A DNA stretch of 34,662 bases from Octopus bimaculoides (lineage: Eukaryota). Under the pieces are notes generated by a model. The model saw only the letters and a program-made list of their open reading frames with translations. It was not told the origin of the DNA and made no database searches. The position numbers and the translations under genes are program-made. The stretch spans positions 62,171,728-62,206,389 of the forward strand of contig NC_068985.1 of NCBI RefSeq assembly GCF_001194135.2, in the 5' to 3' direction. Position 1 is the first letter of the stretch. Each line of letters begins with the position of its first letter. This document shows positions 10,916 to 22,348 of the stretch, one piece after another.

Positions 10916-13018
10916 AAAAGCAAAAAATGGTAAGATATGACCAAAGAATGAAGAGTTACTACCAGAATAGGTTATTCAGAGTAGACCAGAAGAAATTCTA
11001 TAAAAAAATAAATGGAGAGTGTACAGATGAAAAGTTGATACCAGATAACATTGAAAGTCAAAGGTTTTGGAGTGACATCTGGAGCAAAGACAAGGAGCAC
11101 AAGAAGGATGCTGAATGGAGCAAGAACTGAAACAAACAGTAGTCTATCCAAAACAGGCGGAACTAGTAATTTTAGTTAAGGAAGTGAAGGAAATAAGCAA
11201 AAAAAAAAAAATGAGCAACTGTAAGGCCAGTGCTGTGCCTGAAAAACATCGAAAAAGGCAATACGGTAGACAATTACAGGCCGATATCCTGTTTGCCACT
11301 TATGTGGTAGTTATTGACTGGAATACTCGCAGAGTCAACGGACGAACATCTGGAGAAAATGGGGTCCTGCCACATGAGCAGAAGGGTTGCAAGCGTAAGT
11401 GCAGAGGTACCAAGGATCAACACCTGATAGACAAAACTGTACTTAGAGACTGTAAGAGGAGGAAAAGTAACTTAGCCATGTCATGGATCGACTATCGTAA
11501 GGAGTACGATATGATCCCATATTCTTGGATTATGGAATGTATGAACCTGTTTGGTATTGCATGGAATGTTGAGTGATTGCTTGGAAAAAGTATGGCGACT
11601 TGGAGAACGGACCTGACAGCATACGGAAGAAGTTTAGGGACAGTAGAAATTAGGAGGGGCATCTTCCCCACTGATCTTTGTACTGTGCTTGATACCACTA
11701 ACACTGATTCTGAGGAAAGCAAAAACTGGGTATGTATTAAGGTGGAGTACTTGCGCAGACTGAGACTGGTCCTTAAGTCGAAATTAAGCGGATGGAATAA
11801 GATCGAAGCTATCAACACCTGGGCGGTCTCACTCCTTAAATATGGAACAGGGGTAATCGCATAGACAGTAGACGAACTAAACAACTTAGACAGAAAGACA
11901 AGGAAGTTGCTAACTAGATATGGGTCACTCCACCCAAAAAGTGACACAGACAGATTGTATGTACCAAGAAAAAGAGGGGGAAGAGGACTTATTGGAAGCG
12001 AACACAGTATTAGAGCAGAAGAAAACAACATACCAAGGTATGTAAAAATGCCACAGAACCGCTATTATTAGAAGTAAGAAGGTCAGGCTTGTGTAGGATG
12101 AAAGATTGCAAAGATAAAGCACTATACAAGAAATTGAAAACGAATGAAACTGAAAATAGGTGGGTAAAGAAAAGAATGCATGGTCAATTTCATAGGGATG
12201 TTGAAGATAAGACAAACAGTGAAAAAAGATGACTGTGGATGACTAAAAGTGATTTAAAACCGGAAATGGAGGCTTTCATTTGTGCTGCCCAATAGCAGGA
12301 ACTAAGAACAAACCATATAAAATACAGAATAGACAACACAGCAGAAAGTGATAAGTGCAGAATCTGTGAACAAAACGGTGAAACCGTATGGCATATTACC
12401 AGCCAATGTACGCCACTAGCCCAGAAGGAATATAAGAGACGCCACGACAATATAGCCAGGCTTGTCCATTGGACACTTAGCAACAAGTATGGACTTGACA
12501 GAGCAAAAAATTGGTACGACCACAAACCTGAAAGCATCGAAAATAGAAATGCAAAGATCCTATGGGATTTTATGATTCAGTACGGCCATGAGATAGAGAA
12601 TAAGAAACCGGACATACTCCTAATTGAGAAAGAAAACAGGCTATGCTGGATCATAGATATAGCATGCCCAGCTGACAACAAGGTATGCGATAAGGAATAA
12701 AGAAAAGTGGAAAGATATGACAGGTTAGCTTGGGATATTAAGCAGTTGTGGTCGATGAAAAAGGTAGCAGTAGTACCAATAATTGTTGGAGCACTGGGAA
12801 CAGTGAGTAAAAATCTCGAAAAGTGCGTGGAACAAATAAGGGCTGCAATAAAGGTGGAACACTTGTAGAAAACAGCACTGCTTGGAACCGCTCGAATACT
12901 CCGGAAGATGCTCGAAAAATAAGAGGTGTTAACTTAGTTCACTCGTAGTGAACAGCTGGCACCGTAGTACATCTCCAGCGTTAGAAACTGTGCAAAGGCA
13001 TTGATAATAATAATAATC
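10916..13018 (+). mobile_element. R4/Dong-type RLE LINE, copy 2 (different family, internal RT deletion, (AAT)n tail)
   Basis: YQNRLF, EQKGC, WIDYRK, RGIF then deletion, LHPKSDTDRLYVPR, CRIC..ETVWHITSQC, RHDN, KPDI..IIDIACP, LGTARILR. Stop at 12920-12922. Confidence 0.92.
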
Positions 13019-13193
13019 CTTTCTACTATAGGCACAAGGCTTGAAATTTGGAGGATGGGGATTGACGATTACACCGACCCCAGTACTCAACTGGTACACA
13101 CTTTATCGACCCCGAGGAATGAAAGGCAAAGTCGACACCGGCGGAATTTAAATTCAGAGCGTAGCGATGAGCTATTTCCTCCAGCTCGCCGCC
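13019..13193 (-). mobile_element. tRNA-derived SINE with an internal deletion, inserted between (AAT)n tracts
   Basis: Minus strand begins GGCGGCGAGCTGG and has a degenerate B-box GAATTTAAATTCC. (AAT)n lies on both sides. Confidence 0.55.
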
Positions 13194-13197
13194 GTAT

Positions 13198-13198
<1 letters not shown>

Positions 13199-13280
<82 letters not shown>
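13199..13280. repeat. (AAT)n microsatellite
   Basis: Direct reading. Confidence 0.99.
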
Positions 13281-13282
<2 letters not shown>

Positions 13283-13457
13283 TCGTTCATTGGCCACAAG
13301 GGCTTACATAAAATTGCATTAAGAGACATACAACAACATAAAAGACAAAAAACAGAACGATACAATGGGTCTTACATGTAAATAGTATATTATTTACATT
13401 AATATTATTATTATTATATTTTAAAAAAAGGATTGACGTAACTCTTCACGAAGGTAA

Positions 13458-14155
13458 ATAGTCAAAACGAAGAGCGCGATTTTAGATGTTTTATTTTTTT
13501 AACAACATTTCGGAATAAGAACATAAAAGAATTATTGACCTCTATATCTGACTCCAAGAAAACAAAACATTGGAGTATCTACACGCTGTACCTTAAAGAA
13601 CAGCCGTAAGAGAGGTAAGCCCTGTTCATTGTGCAACAACATGAGTGAAGTGAATACCATCAAAAATCATAATAGAAATGTTATGATTTATACAGAAGGG
13701 GGAACCTGCAAAGATTCCCATTTAGTGTACGCTGCAGAATGCACGAAACATAACTTGATTTATGTTGGTTGNNNNNNNNNNNNNNNNNNNNNNNNNNNNN
13801 NNNNNNNNNNNNNNNNNNNNNNNNNNNNNNNNNNNNNNNNNNNNNNNNNNNNNNNNNNNNNNNNNNNNNNNNNNNNNNNNNNNNNNNNNNNNNNNNNNNN
13901 NNNNNNNNNNNNNNNNNNNNNNNNNNNNNNNNNNNNNNNNNNNNNNNNNNNNNNNNNNNNNNNNNNNNNNNNNNNNNNNNNNNNNNNNNNNNNNNNNNNN
14001 NNNNNNNNNNNNNNNNNNNNNNNNNNNNNNNNNNNNNNNNNNNNNNNNNNNNNNNNNNNNNNNNNNNNNNNNNNNNNNNNNNNNNNNNNNNNNNNNNNNN
14101 NNNNATGTTGTTCAAAAAATAAAACATCTAAAATCGCGCTCTTCGTTTTGACTAT
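13458..14155 (+). mobile_element. Penelope-like element: GIY-YIG fragment bracketed by an inverted terminal repeat
   Basis: KPCSLC...GGTCKDSHLVYAAECTKHNLIYVG runs into the gap. 13458-13508 is the near-perfect reverse complement of 14105-14155. Confidence 0.8.
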
Positions 14156-14168
14156 TATTATTATTATA

Positions 14169-14203
<35 letters not shown>

Positions 14204-14243
14204 CATTATTATTATTATTGTTATTATTATTATTATTATTATT
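14153..14243. repeat. (ATT)n microsatellite
   Basis: Direct reading. Confidence 0.98.
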
Positions 14244-14384
14244 CGGGTCACTGCCTGTAATCGAACTCAGGATCATGGGGTTAGTATGCCCACGGGCATA
14301 TGGCGTAGTGGTTAAGAGCGCGGGCTACTAACCCCAAGATTCCGAGTTCGATTCCAGGCAATGACCTCAATAATAATAATAATA

Positions 14385-14385
<1 letters not shown>
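14243..14385 (+). mobile_element. tRNA-derived SINE head with an inverted partial copy upstream and (AAT)n downstream
   Basis: A-box TGGCGTAGTGG (14301-14311), anticodon-like arm GGG-CTACTAA-CCC, B-box GAGTTCGATTCC (14344-14355). 14243-14290 is a diverged reverse complement of about 14320-14368. Confidence 0.8.
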
Positions 14386-14417
<32 letters not shown>

Positions 14418-14420
14418 ACA

Positions 14421-14975
14421 GCCCGGATGCAGTACCAGGCAGTGGCTCTCATGGCTTCTGATCTTAATTTCTTGGAAGTGTTATCATGTACATTGTTTTG
14501 TCTTGGTATAAAAGATGGGCTACAACAAATATTCTGCTTAATACCACATATTTGCTTGTCAGTTGTCTGACTATAACCAGTTGAGCATGTCCCTTGGTGG
14601 CTGAAGATATATGCATCTCTGATCATGAGCAGAAGTAGTGGGGGAACATCATAGCCATGTGTTGAGAGGAATTCTTTGGGGTTTGAATAATTCACCTTTG
14701 GAAACATGTGTGTTTTTTGTCCACATTCTTAAGCAAACTTTATTCAGGGACCTTCTGAGTGGGGTGGGTCACTCGACCTGAAGAAAATTCTAACTGGGCC
14801 CCACCTGCGAGGTCATGCGCTGTTTATCTTGATATGAGATCACCATGTCGCGCACATATGGTTGTGATGCATGTACCTGGTGTACCCTTATTAGACAGGT
14901 AGTCATGTAAGGTATAATGGGCTTCGTATATTTTACCCCAGTGTCACTTTGATGGCATGCACTGCTCTCTCACTC
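14421..14975. mobile_element. Unclassified ~555-bp non-coding block, probably an interspersed repeat
   Basis: Higher-GC block sharply bounded by (ATT)n on the left and (AAT)n on the right, with no recognisable protein motif. It resembles a common octopus repeat from memory only. Confidence 0.4.
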
Positions 14976-15011
14976 AATAATAATAATAATGATAATAATA
15001 ACAACAACAAC

Positions 15012-15175
15012 ATCGAAAAATACCTTAGGAATGAGAACCCAGGTTCGAAATTTCCCCAAGACGCCTAATGAAGGCTGGAGGGTATATCAGCCGAAACGTT
15101 GTGTTAACAACATACAAGATGAGGACACATATCCGTCAAATGTAAATAATGTAAATAGTGTAAACAGTGTATATA
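15012..15175 (+). mobile_element. Penelope-type 3' tail module carrying a hammerhead, ending in (TGTAAATAA)-like repeats
   Basis: Follows (AAT)n(AAC)n, contains the hammerhead fold below, and ends TGTAAATAATGTAAATAGTGTAAACAGTGTA. Confidence 0.55.
15060..15105 (+). ncRNA. Minimal type I hammerhead ribozyme, G5A-mutated
   Basis: Stem I GACGC/GUGUU; core CUAAUGA plus A; stem II GGCUG/CAGCC; GAAA; palindromic ACGU stem III; GUU cleavage triplet. Confidence 0.7.
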
Positions 15176-15184
15176 ACGATTAAA

Positions 15185-18100
15185 AATTAAACAATTTAAA
15201 ACTCCTAACAGGGGAGGCGCATTAGAGACCTCGTGAAAAATCCCACAAAAGTGACGGGTGAGTGAACAACAGGGCAAGGGCCCTTCTTTTGTTTACAGGT
15301 TCACACTCAGAATTGGTGCTTTCACACTGGCCATTCTTCCAACATTCACCCACCTTTCAACAAAGTTGCTACAAGGCAACACTTCCCTCTTCACCCTCAA
15401 CTTCCTTTTTCAAGTGAAACTTGAAAAAGTTGATGAGGGCTTGGCCAAAGAGGAAAGTGCCTGTTTTTAGCCCTTTCAAACGGGTCCACCATACTACCTC
15501 TTTCGCTATAGCCACTAGACAAATAAAAATTGCCTTCTCCTTGCGGTCAAAAGAGGGATGCGGGGCAATCTTCACAATGGATTCAGCTGATATCCGGATT
15601 CNNNNNNNNNNNNNNNNNNNNNNNNNNNNNNNNNNNNNNNNNNNNNNNNNNNNNNNNNNNNNNNNNNNNNNNNNNNNNNNNNNNNNNNNNNNNNNNNNNN
15701 NNNNNNNNNNNNNNNNNNNNNNNNNNNNNNNNNNNNNNNNNNNNNNNNNNNNNNNNNNNNNNNNNNNNNNNNNNNNNNNNNNNNNNNNNNNNNNNNNNNN
15801 NNNNNNNNNNNNNNNNNNNNNNNNNNNNNNNNNNNNNNNNNNNNNNNNNNNNNNNNNNNNNNNNNNNNNNNNNNNNNNNNNNNNNNNNNNNNNNNNNNNN
15901 NNNNNNNNNNNNNNNNNNNNNNNNNNNNNNNNNNNNNNNNNNNNNNNNNNNNNNNNNNNNNNNNNNNNNNNNNNNNNNNNNNNNNNNNNNNNNNNNNNNN
16001 NNNNNNNNNNNNNNNNNNNNNNNNNNNNNNNNNNNNNNNNNNNNNNNNNNNNNNNNNNNNNNNNNNNNNNNNNNNNNNNNNNNNNNNNNNNNNNNNNNNA
16101 CTAACCCTCTATAGAACGCTAGAGTAGAAATACCCCTGACCGCATTGCACGCCTGGCGGAGGGCTGTGAGTGCTTGACGGCACTCGAGGTGCCAAGCGCC
16201 CTTCCTCAGTCTACGCCTAATCCAGGATTGCAACTCAGTCAAAGAGACAAGCTGTGGAAAAGTGTGTCTTACAAACGGTGACCACACCTGCTCACCGTCA
16301 AGGAAACGCTGGAGATGCCGCAACCTCAGCGCATGTCTGCGCATAAGCAACCACGGCATACCCAGCCCTCCATTCATCGGCTGTTGACAGCAGATGGAGG
16401 GCCTGACCAGTGGAAATCAGAAGAATAAGCGCACCAGCTTGGTCAACCAGCAAACAGGGCAAGGAACGACAGTCAAGCGGTAATAGATGACGGATGCGAT
16501 GTACGCATTCACCACCTCCGCTCGACCATTCAGGGACAGCTTTCTCTCCGCCCATTTCTGGGTGAGATTGGCTACCCTGCTCGCCACCTCATTCCAGTTC
16601 TTCACCACCTGGGAGTCGGGACCAAACCAAACTCAAAGCAACTTAACGAGACCGTCTGTCCAGCGCCCCATCACGCTGTTGGACGGCATGGACTTGCCTC
16701 TCCAGGTGCCGAGTTGCAAGCCCACTGACTTCTCCGCGTTAATTTTAGCTCCTGTCATCGCTTCATATTCTTGTAGTGTTCATATTCTTGACGGTGACAT
16801 CATCAGCGTAAGCAGACACACTTCTCCCACATCCTAGATCACGTGGGACACCCCTCAAAGCCTCCAACTTCCGCAGTAATGGCTCAAGAATCAGTACATA
16901 CAGAAGGGAGAGCGGGTACCCTTGACGGACCGAACGCAAGATGCTGAATGGCTCTGACAGGTGACCATTCACCCGAACAACTTAGCAGATACCGCTGTAT
17001 AAAGNNNNNNNNNNNNNNNNNNNNNNNNNNNNNNNNNNNNNNNNNNNNNNNNNNNNNNNNNNNNNNNNNNNNNNNNNNNNNNNNNNNNNNNNNNNNNNNN
17101 NNNNNNNNNNNNNNNNNNNNNNNNNNNNNNNNNNNNNNNNNNNNNNNNNNNNNNNNNNNNNNNNNNNNNNNNNNNNNNNNNNNNNNNNNNNNNNNNNNNN
17201 NNNNNNNNNNNNNNNNNNNNNNNNNNNNNNNNNNNNNNNNNNNNNNNNNNNNNNNNNNNNNNNNNNNNNNNNNNNNNNNNNNNNNNNNNNNNNNNNNNNN
17301 NNNNNNNNNNNNNNNNNNNNNNNNNNNNNNNNNNNNNNNNNNNNNNNNNNNNNNNNNNNNNNNNNNNNNNNNNNNNNNNNNNNNNNNNNNNNNNNNNNNN
17401 NNNNNNNNNNNNNNNNNNNNNNNNNNNNNNNNNNNNNNNNNNNNNNNNNNNNNNNNNNNNNNNNNNNNNNNNNNNNNNNNNNNNNNNNNNNNNNNNNNNN
17501 NNNNNNNNNNNNNNNNNNNNNNNNNNNNNNNNNNNNNNNNNNNNNNNNNNNNNNNNNNNNNNNNNNNNNNNNNNNNNNNNNNNNNNNNNNNNNNNNNNNN
17601 NNNNNNNNNNNNNNNNNNNNNNNNNNNNNNNNNNNNNNNNNNNNNNNNNNNNNNNNNNNNNNNNNNNNNNNNNNNNNNNNNNNNNNNNNNNNNNNNNNNN
17701 NNNNNNNNNNNNNNNNNNNNNNNNNNNNNNNNNNNNNNNNNNNNNNNNNNNNNNNNNNNNNNNNNNNNNNNCTTCCCTGTTATCTGTCCTACCATTCGTC
17801 CCGAACAGTCGAGCAAATTGCCGCTGAAAATCCGCACACATATGTTTCAGTTCTAACACCACGCATCCATTCTAGTCCAAGAAAGACCGAATGATGGCTT
17901 TATTGCCCCTTTTCGCCTCCGCCACACGGGCCCATCGTGACGCCTTCGTTCCCTCTCCACTTAGTGAACGTGCCGTAGCTCTGACAACGCAGCTTTCGTG
18001 TTTGGCGTCGAAAGATTGGTCGAGGGCCAATCTGACCGCCAACACTTCAGTTGCGATGCCTGTCCTAAGCGCCTCATCTAACTTCTTAACTAAAACTCCC

Positions 18101-20575
18101 TCTATTGTATTTCTCTTTACAGCTAATGCATTGCTAAACCTAATCGATTCTACTCTAGTTGCCCTTTTAAGAGCAAACCACCAGTTGTTGTTGACGATTG
18201 CACCCGTCAACGCCCACTTAACTAATTCGCTAATCCGGTCTCTGTAAGCTTGACACGCCGGTAACGACGTGTTCAGCTTCCAGTAATCAGTACCCTGTCT
18301 ATGAAGCCTATCTAAGTTGACCGTACAGATCACAAATTTGTGGTCTGTGTCGCTCTCCTTGTTCGCTGTCCTACAAAATACCCTATCTAGATACGATCTA
18401 AATGACCCGATGCGCTTTGTCCAAGTCCTCATTGGCATATTTGGGTCATCTAGTCGGTACCTGTCAGACAAGTGAAAACGTGTGAGCATGTTTTTGAGGC
18501 TTTTGCACTCACCTCTCTTATCAGATACACCCACGCAATCGAAACGTCCATCTAAGGCAGCGTTCTAATCCCCTACTAATACTAAAGTCTGAGACGTTCC
18601 CAGGAAAATCTCCAGACGCTTGAAGTAATCAGACCGCAGTGTTGTTCCCCTGGTCCTTGTTGTGGGTGTTTCCACGCGGTTTTTGTACAGTCTTTCATTG
18701 AAAGTCTTTTGGAAAGACCCAACAGCATTTGGAAAGTTTATTTTCAAAGCGTTGTGTTTCCTGTTGTAGTTTTAAAATTTGTATGTGTGGTGGTGCTGCA
18801 TTATGTGTTGGAAAGACAGTCTTCCATTGTGGCGTCTGTGTGTTATCTAAGGTATTTCACTAGGTCTACGTTGTCGGTATCGATGGCTGTGAGGTTGGTG
18901 GTGTTTGTGTTGGTGTTTGAGGTGGTAGTGCTGGTGTTGTTGTTGTTGTTGTTGTTTGTTATGTGTGTGTGTGTGTGTGTTGCTGCTGTTGGGTATTTCC
19001 TCCTCTCTGCGCCTCCCCTTCTTTTCTTTCACTGTCTTTTTCTTTCTTGGGGGGTANNNNNNNNNNNNNNNNNNNNNNNNNNNNNNNNNNNNNNNNNNNN
19101 NNNNNNNNNNNNNNNNNNNNNNNNNNNNNNNNNNNNNNNNNNNNNNNNNNNNNNNNNNNNNNNNNNNNNNNNNNNNNNNNNNNNNNNNNNNNNNNNNNNN
19201 NNNNNNNNNNNNNNNNNNNNNNNNNNNNNNNNNNNNNNNNNNNNNNNNNNNNNNNNNNNNNNNNNNNNNNNNNNNNNNNNNNNNNNNNNNNNNNNNNNNN
19301 NNNNNNNNNNNNNNNNNNNNNNNNNNNNNNNNNNNNNNNNNNNNNNNNNNNNNNNNNNNNNNNNNNNNNNNNNNNNNNNNNNNNNTGGTGGTGATGAGGT
19401 TGCTTTCTGCTGCTGTCCTGGAGGTGACCCCGCTTCTGTTGACGCTTGCTGCTTTTTTTTTCATTTATTTGTATATGAGGCAGTCGACCCCACAAAAGTA
19501 GCACCTTGGCCGCCTGCCCTCGACGGTCACGTGAAGTCTCGTACCTTCTGGTAGATTTATGGCATCAGGGATAGAATTTATGGATTCTTGGTAAATTTGA
19601 ACAAGGAGCTCTAATCCCTGACCCGTCCAGTTTTGTTGGTGCAATTTATGCACCTCCAGTATAATGGCGGTGTCCTCTATATCATAAAGAACAGCCGCCA
19701 CCAGCCAGCATACATTTATTTCGGTGGGGCACCTCCCGAATTTCAATTTTCATCATGCGCTGACCAAGGTATGTCGGTACGAGCAGTAATTCATCTGTTT
19801 TTAGGGGCACAGTGGAATGCTGTCTTGCTTCCTTCTCTGTAGCAAAACGTACTTCCACCGTGCTGAAGCGCTTTTCTCTTGTCATATAGGTTTTGTTGGT
19901 CAAATCGGTCTGAGGGCCATTTCCAACTGTTGTTGGCTGGTTCGTTCTACTCTTTTCTTCTTGATGTTAAAAACTCTGTATATTACTGATTTTCGATCCG
20001 TCTCCTTTATTAATTCCTGAGGTTTGTTAAGGAAGACATTAGTTCCTTCCATAACACCTCCTTTGCATTTTGTAGTTCATTTGTTGTTAAATTCAGCAAC
20101 TCTTTTGTCTGCTTTACTGCTGAGGCGAAACCGTTGCCGCTAGATTTGCTGTTCGTGTTTGTGGTGTCAGTGTCATTGTTTTGTGTTTCTTTTCTTTTTT
20201 CCTCCGTCTCTTTTTCAGGAACAAGTTTTGGCTTGCTATATTTTCTTTGTTGTTGTTGGTGGTGGTATTGGCATCATTGCTCGTGATTGTGCTGCTTAGA
20301 GGGGGAAATCTTGACTGTCAGAACAGACACTACCACTCCCCTCGACAAAAGAAGCCATCTTGTTTTTACGTGAAACGAAAAAACAAAATTTTTTTTTAAT
20401 GGACAAAAAGTCCGAAATTCGTCCCTAAAAGAGGGAAATCCTCAACAAAAGAACCTCTTGCACACCAAAAGGGGTTCGGAAACCAAAAACCAACAAACAA
20501 ACAGTCAATAAACTTGAAAATTAACAACAAATTTCAAACTATCGGAGCTCTGAAAAACACGTCTTACCTCGACGA
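15185..20575 (-). mobile_element. Near full-length L1/Tx1-clade LINE (ORF1 plus APE-RT ORF2), degenerate, with three gaps
   Basis: ORF1 with EGRRPRCYFC knuckle (about 20080-18850). APE motifs LVGD*NA, SYLDRVF, TDHKFV, YWKLNTSL (18750-17870). RT motifs SVRQGYPLS, AYADDVTV, GGLGMP. C-terminus KEVVWWTR. Confidence 0.9.
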
Positions 20576-20589
20576 CAACAATAATAATA

Positions 20590-22132
20590 TTGATTTGAAA
20601 AAAATTTGAACTGTATGGCAAGGATGAGACACAAGTGAGTTCCTTAGTGAACACAGTCTAATGTTTTTGTACTGATATTAGAATGGAATTTGGACTCAAG
20701 CAGTGCGGTGTAATCTACCTATAAGAGGCAAGGTACAGTCCCTAACAGGGATAGAATTGCCGAATAGAGACTTGATTAAATAAATTGAAACAGAAGGATA
20801 CAAATACCTTAGCATACTAGAGGCCAACGAGATTATGGAGAAGGAAATGAAAGAGCAACTGAGGATGGAGTATTTCAGAAGACTAAGGTTGGTGTTACGC
20901 TCAAAATTGACTGGATGAAATAAAATCCAAGCAGTTAATACGTGGGCGATAGCTTCACTTCGGTATGGAGCAGGAATTATAAAATAGCAAAAAAGAAAAG
21001 TGAAGGAAATGGAAATCAAGACCAGAAAAATGTTGACAGTACACGGAGCATTCCATCCTAACAGTGACACTGATAGGCTGTACTTGTGCAGAAGAGTGGG
21101 AGAGATTTGATCTGTTGCCAAGACTGTATCCAAACAGAGGAAAACAGCTTAGGGTTTTATATAAAAGAAACATGCTGTGGAGCCATTGTTGAAACATGTG
21201 AAGTCATCAAAACTGAAAATTGCGTAATGAAAGAAAAATTTAAACAAGAAATGAACACAAAAGCAGCATGAAAGAAAAAATAATGTACGGTCAGTTTGCA
21301 AATGATGTGATCGCGAAGACAAATATAGAGAACCGGCGGCTATGGATGAAGAGGAGTGACCTGAAGATAGAGACAGAAGCACTTATATCACAGTTCAAGA
21401 ACAAGTGTTAAGGACCAACTATATGAATTGCAGAATTGACAACACTACCGACAGCGGCAAATGCAGAATGAGTGGTGAGAGGTGTGAAACGGTATAGCAC
21501 ATCGTTAGAGAGTGCCGAAATTGACACAATGCGAATATAAAAGACACCACGACAATGTGGCAAGAATGATCCATTGGAAGCTCTGTTGAAATCACGGCCT
21601 ACAAAGAGCATGCACGTGGTATGAGAAAACCGCAGAAGGAGTCACCGAGAATGAGAATTGCAAAATCCTGTGGCATACAATGATCCAATGCGACGACCTG
21701 AAAAGACACCGGAAACTGGACATTGTGATGGTGAATAAAAAAGAAAATCCATGAATGATAACCGACATAGCATTCCCCGGTGACGACAGGATCAATGTGA
21801 AAGAAGAAGAAAAAATAAACAACTATGATGATTTGAAGTGGGAAATACGACGGTTGTTATCAATGAGGAGAGTAGACGTGATACCAATAGTAATTAGTAC
21901 ACTTGGAAGTATCAGCACTCAACTACCAGCACGGCTAAAAAAGATTCGTGCAGGTGTGAAGGTAGAACACGTACAAAACTCAGCATTGCTTGGAACTGCA
22001 AGAATTCTTTGCAGATTTCTCGAAGCATGACCAGTAAACAAGTGTCACCTTAGTCTGCTGGCTGTAGAGAGCTGACACTTTCAATCATACCCAGCAAAAT
22101 AAGCTGTGAGTTTTCATATAATGATGATAATA
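20590..22132 (+). mobile_element. R4/Dong-type RLE LINE, copy 3 (5'-truncated, related to copy 2)
   Basis: MEFGLKQC, YKYL, FHPNSDTDRLY, ETV*HIVREC, HHDNVAR, DIAFPGDDRINVKEEEKINNY, LGTARILCRFLEA* (stop 22028-22030), ATAATGATGATAATAA tail. Confidence 0.9.
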
Positions 22133-22136
22133 AGAG

Positions 22137-22348
22137 AACTCAGAGGACGCAAACCTCCGCCAAGGCAACACCAACGCCCTCTCAACGATTAGCCGTAGAT
22201 GATTTTTAAAATGAGAATATCTGAAATAAACTCAACTGTTCTTACAAACGAGAATACTAAAAATGAATCCGACTGCTTTCAAAAATTAAGTGAAAAAAAA
22301 AACAGAAAAATAATCCAGAATCCTTATCCGGTACCTGATCGATCCCAA
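22137..22348 (+). mobile_element. Possible 5' fragment of a non-autonomous Helentron-associated (HINE/DINE-like) element
   Basis: ACCTCCGCCAAGG near the start and ATCCAGAATCC...GATCGATCCCAA. The assignment rests on recalled resemblance; no 3' hairpin is visible. Confidence 0.35.

Noticed and set aside
14290-14368. tRNA gene (likewise 5590-5650)
   Set aside because: It has A/B boxes but no paired acceptor stem, and it is embedded in repeats, so it is a SINE head.
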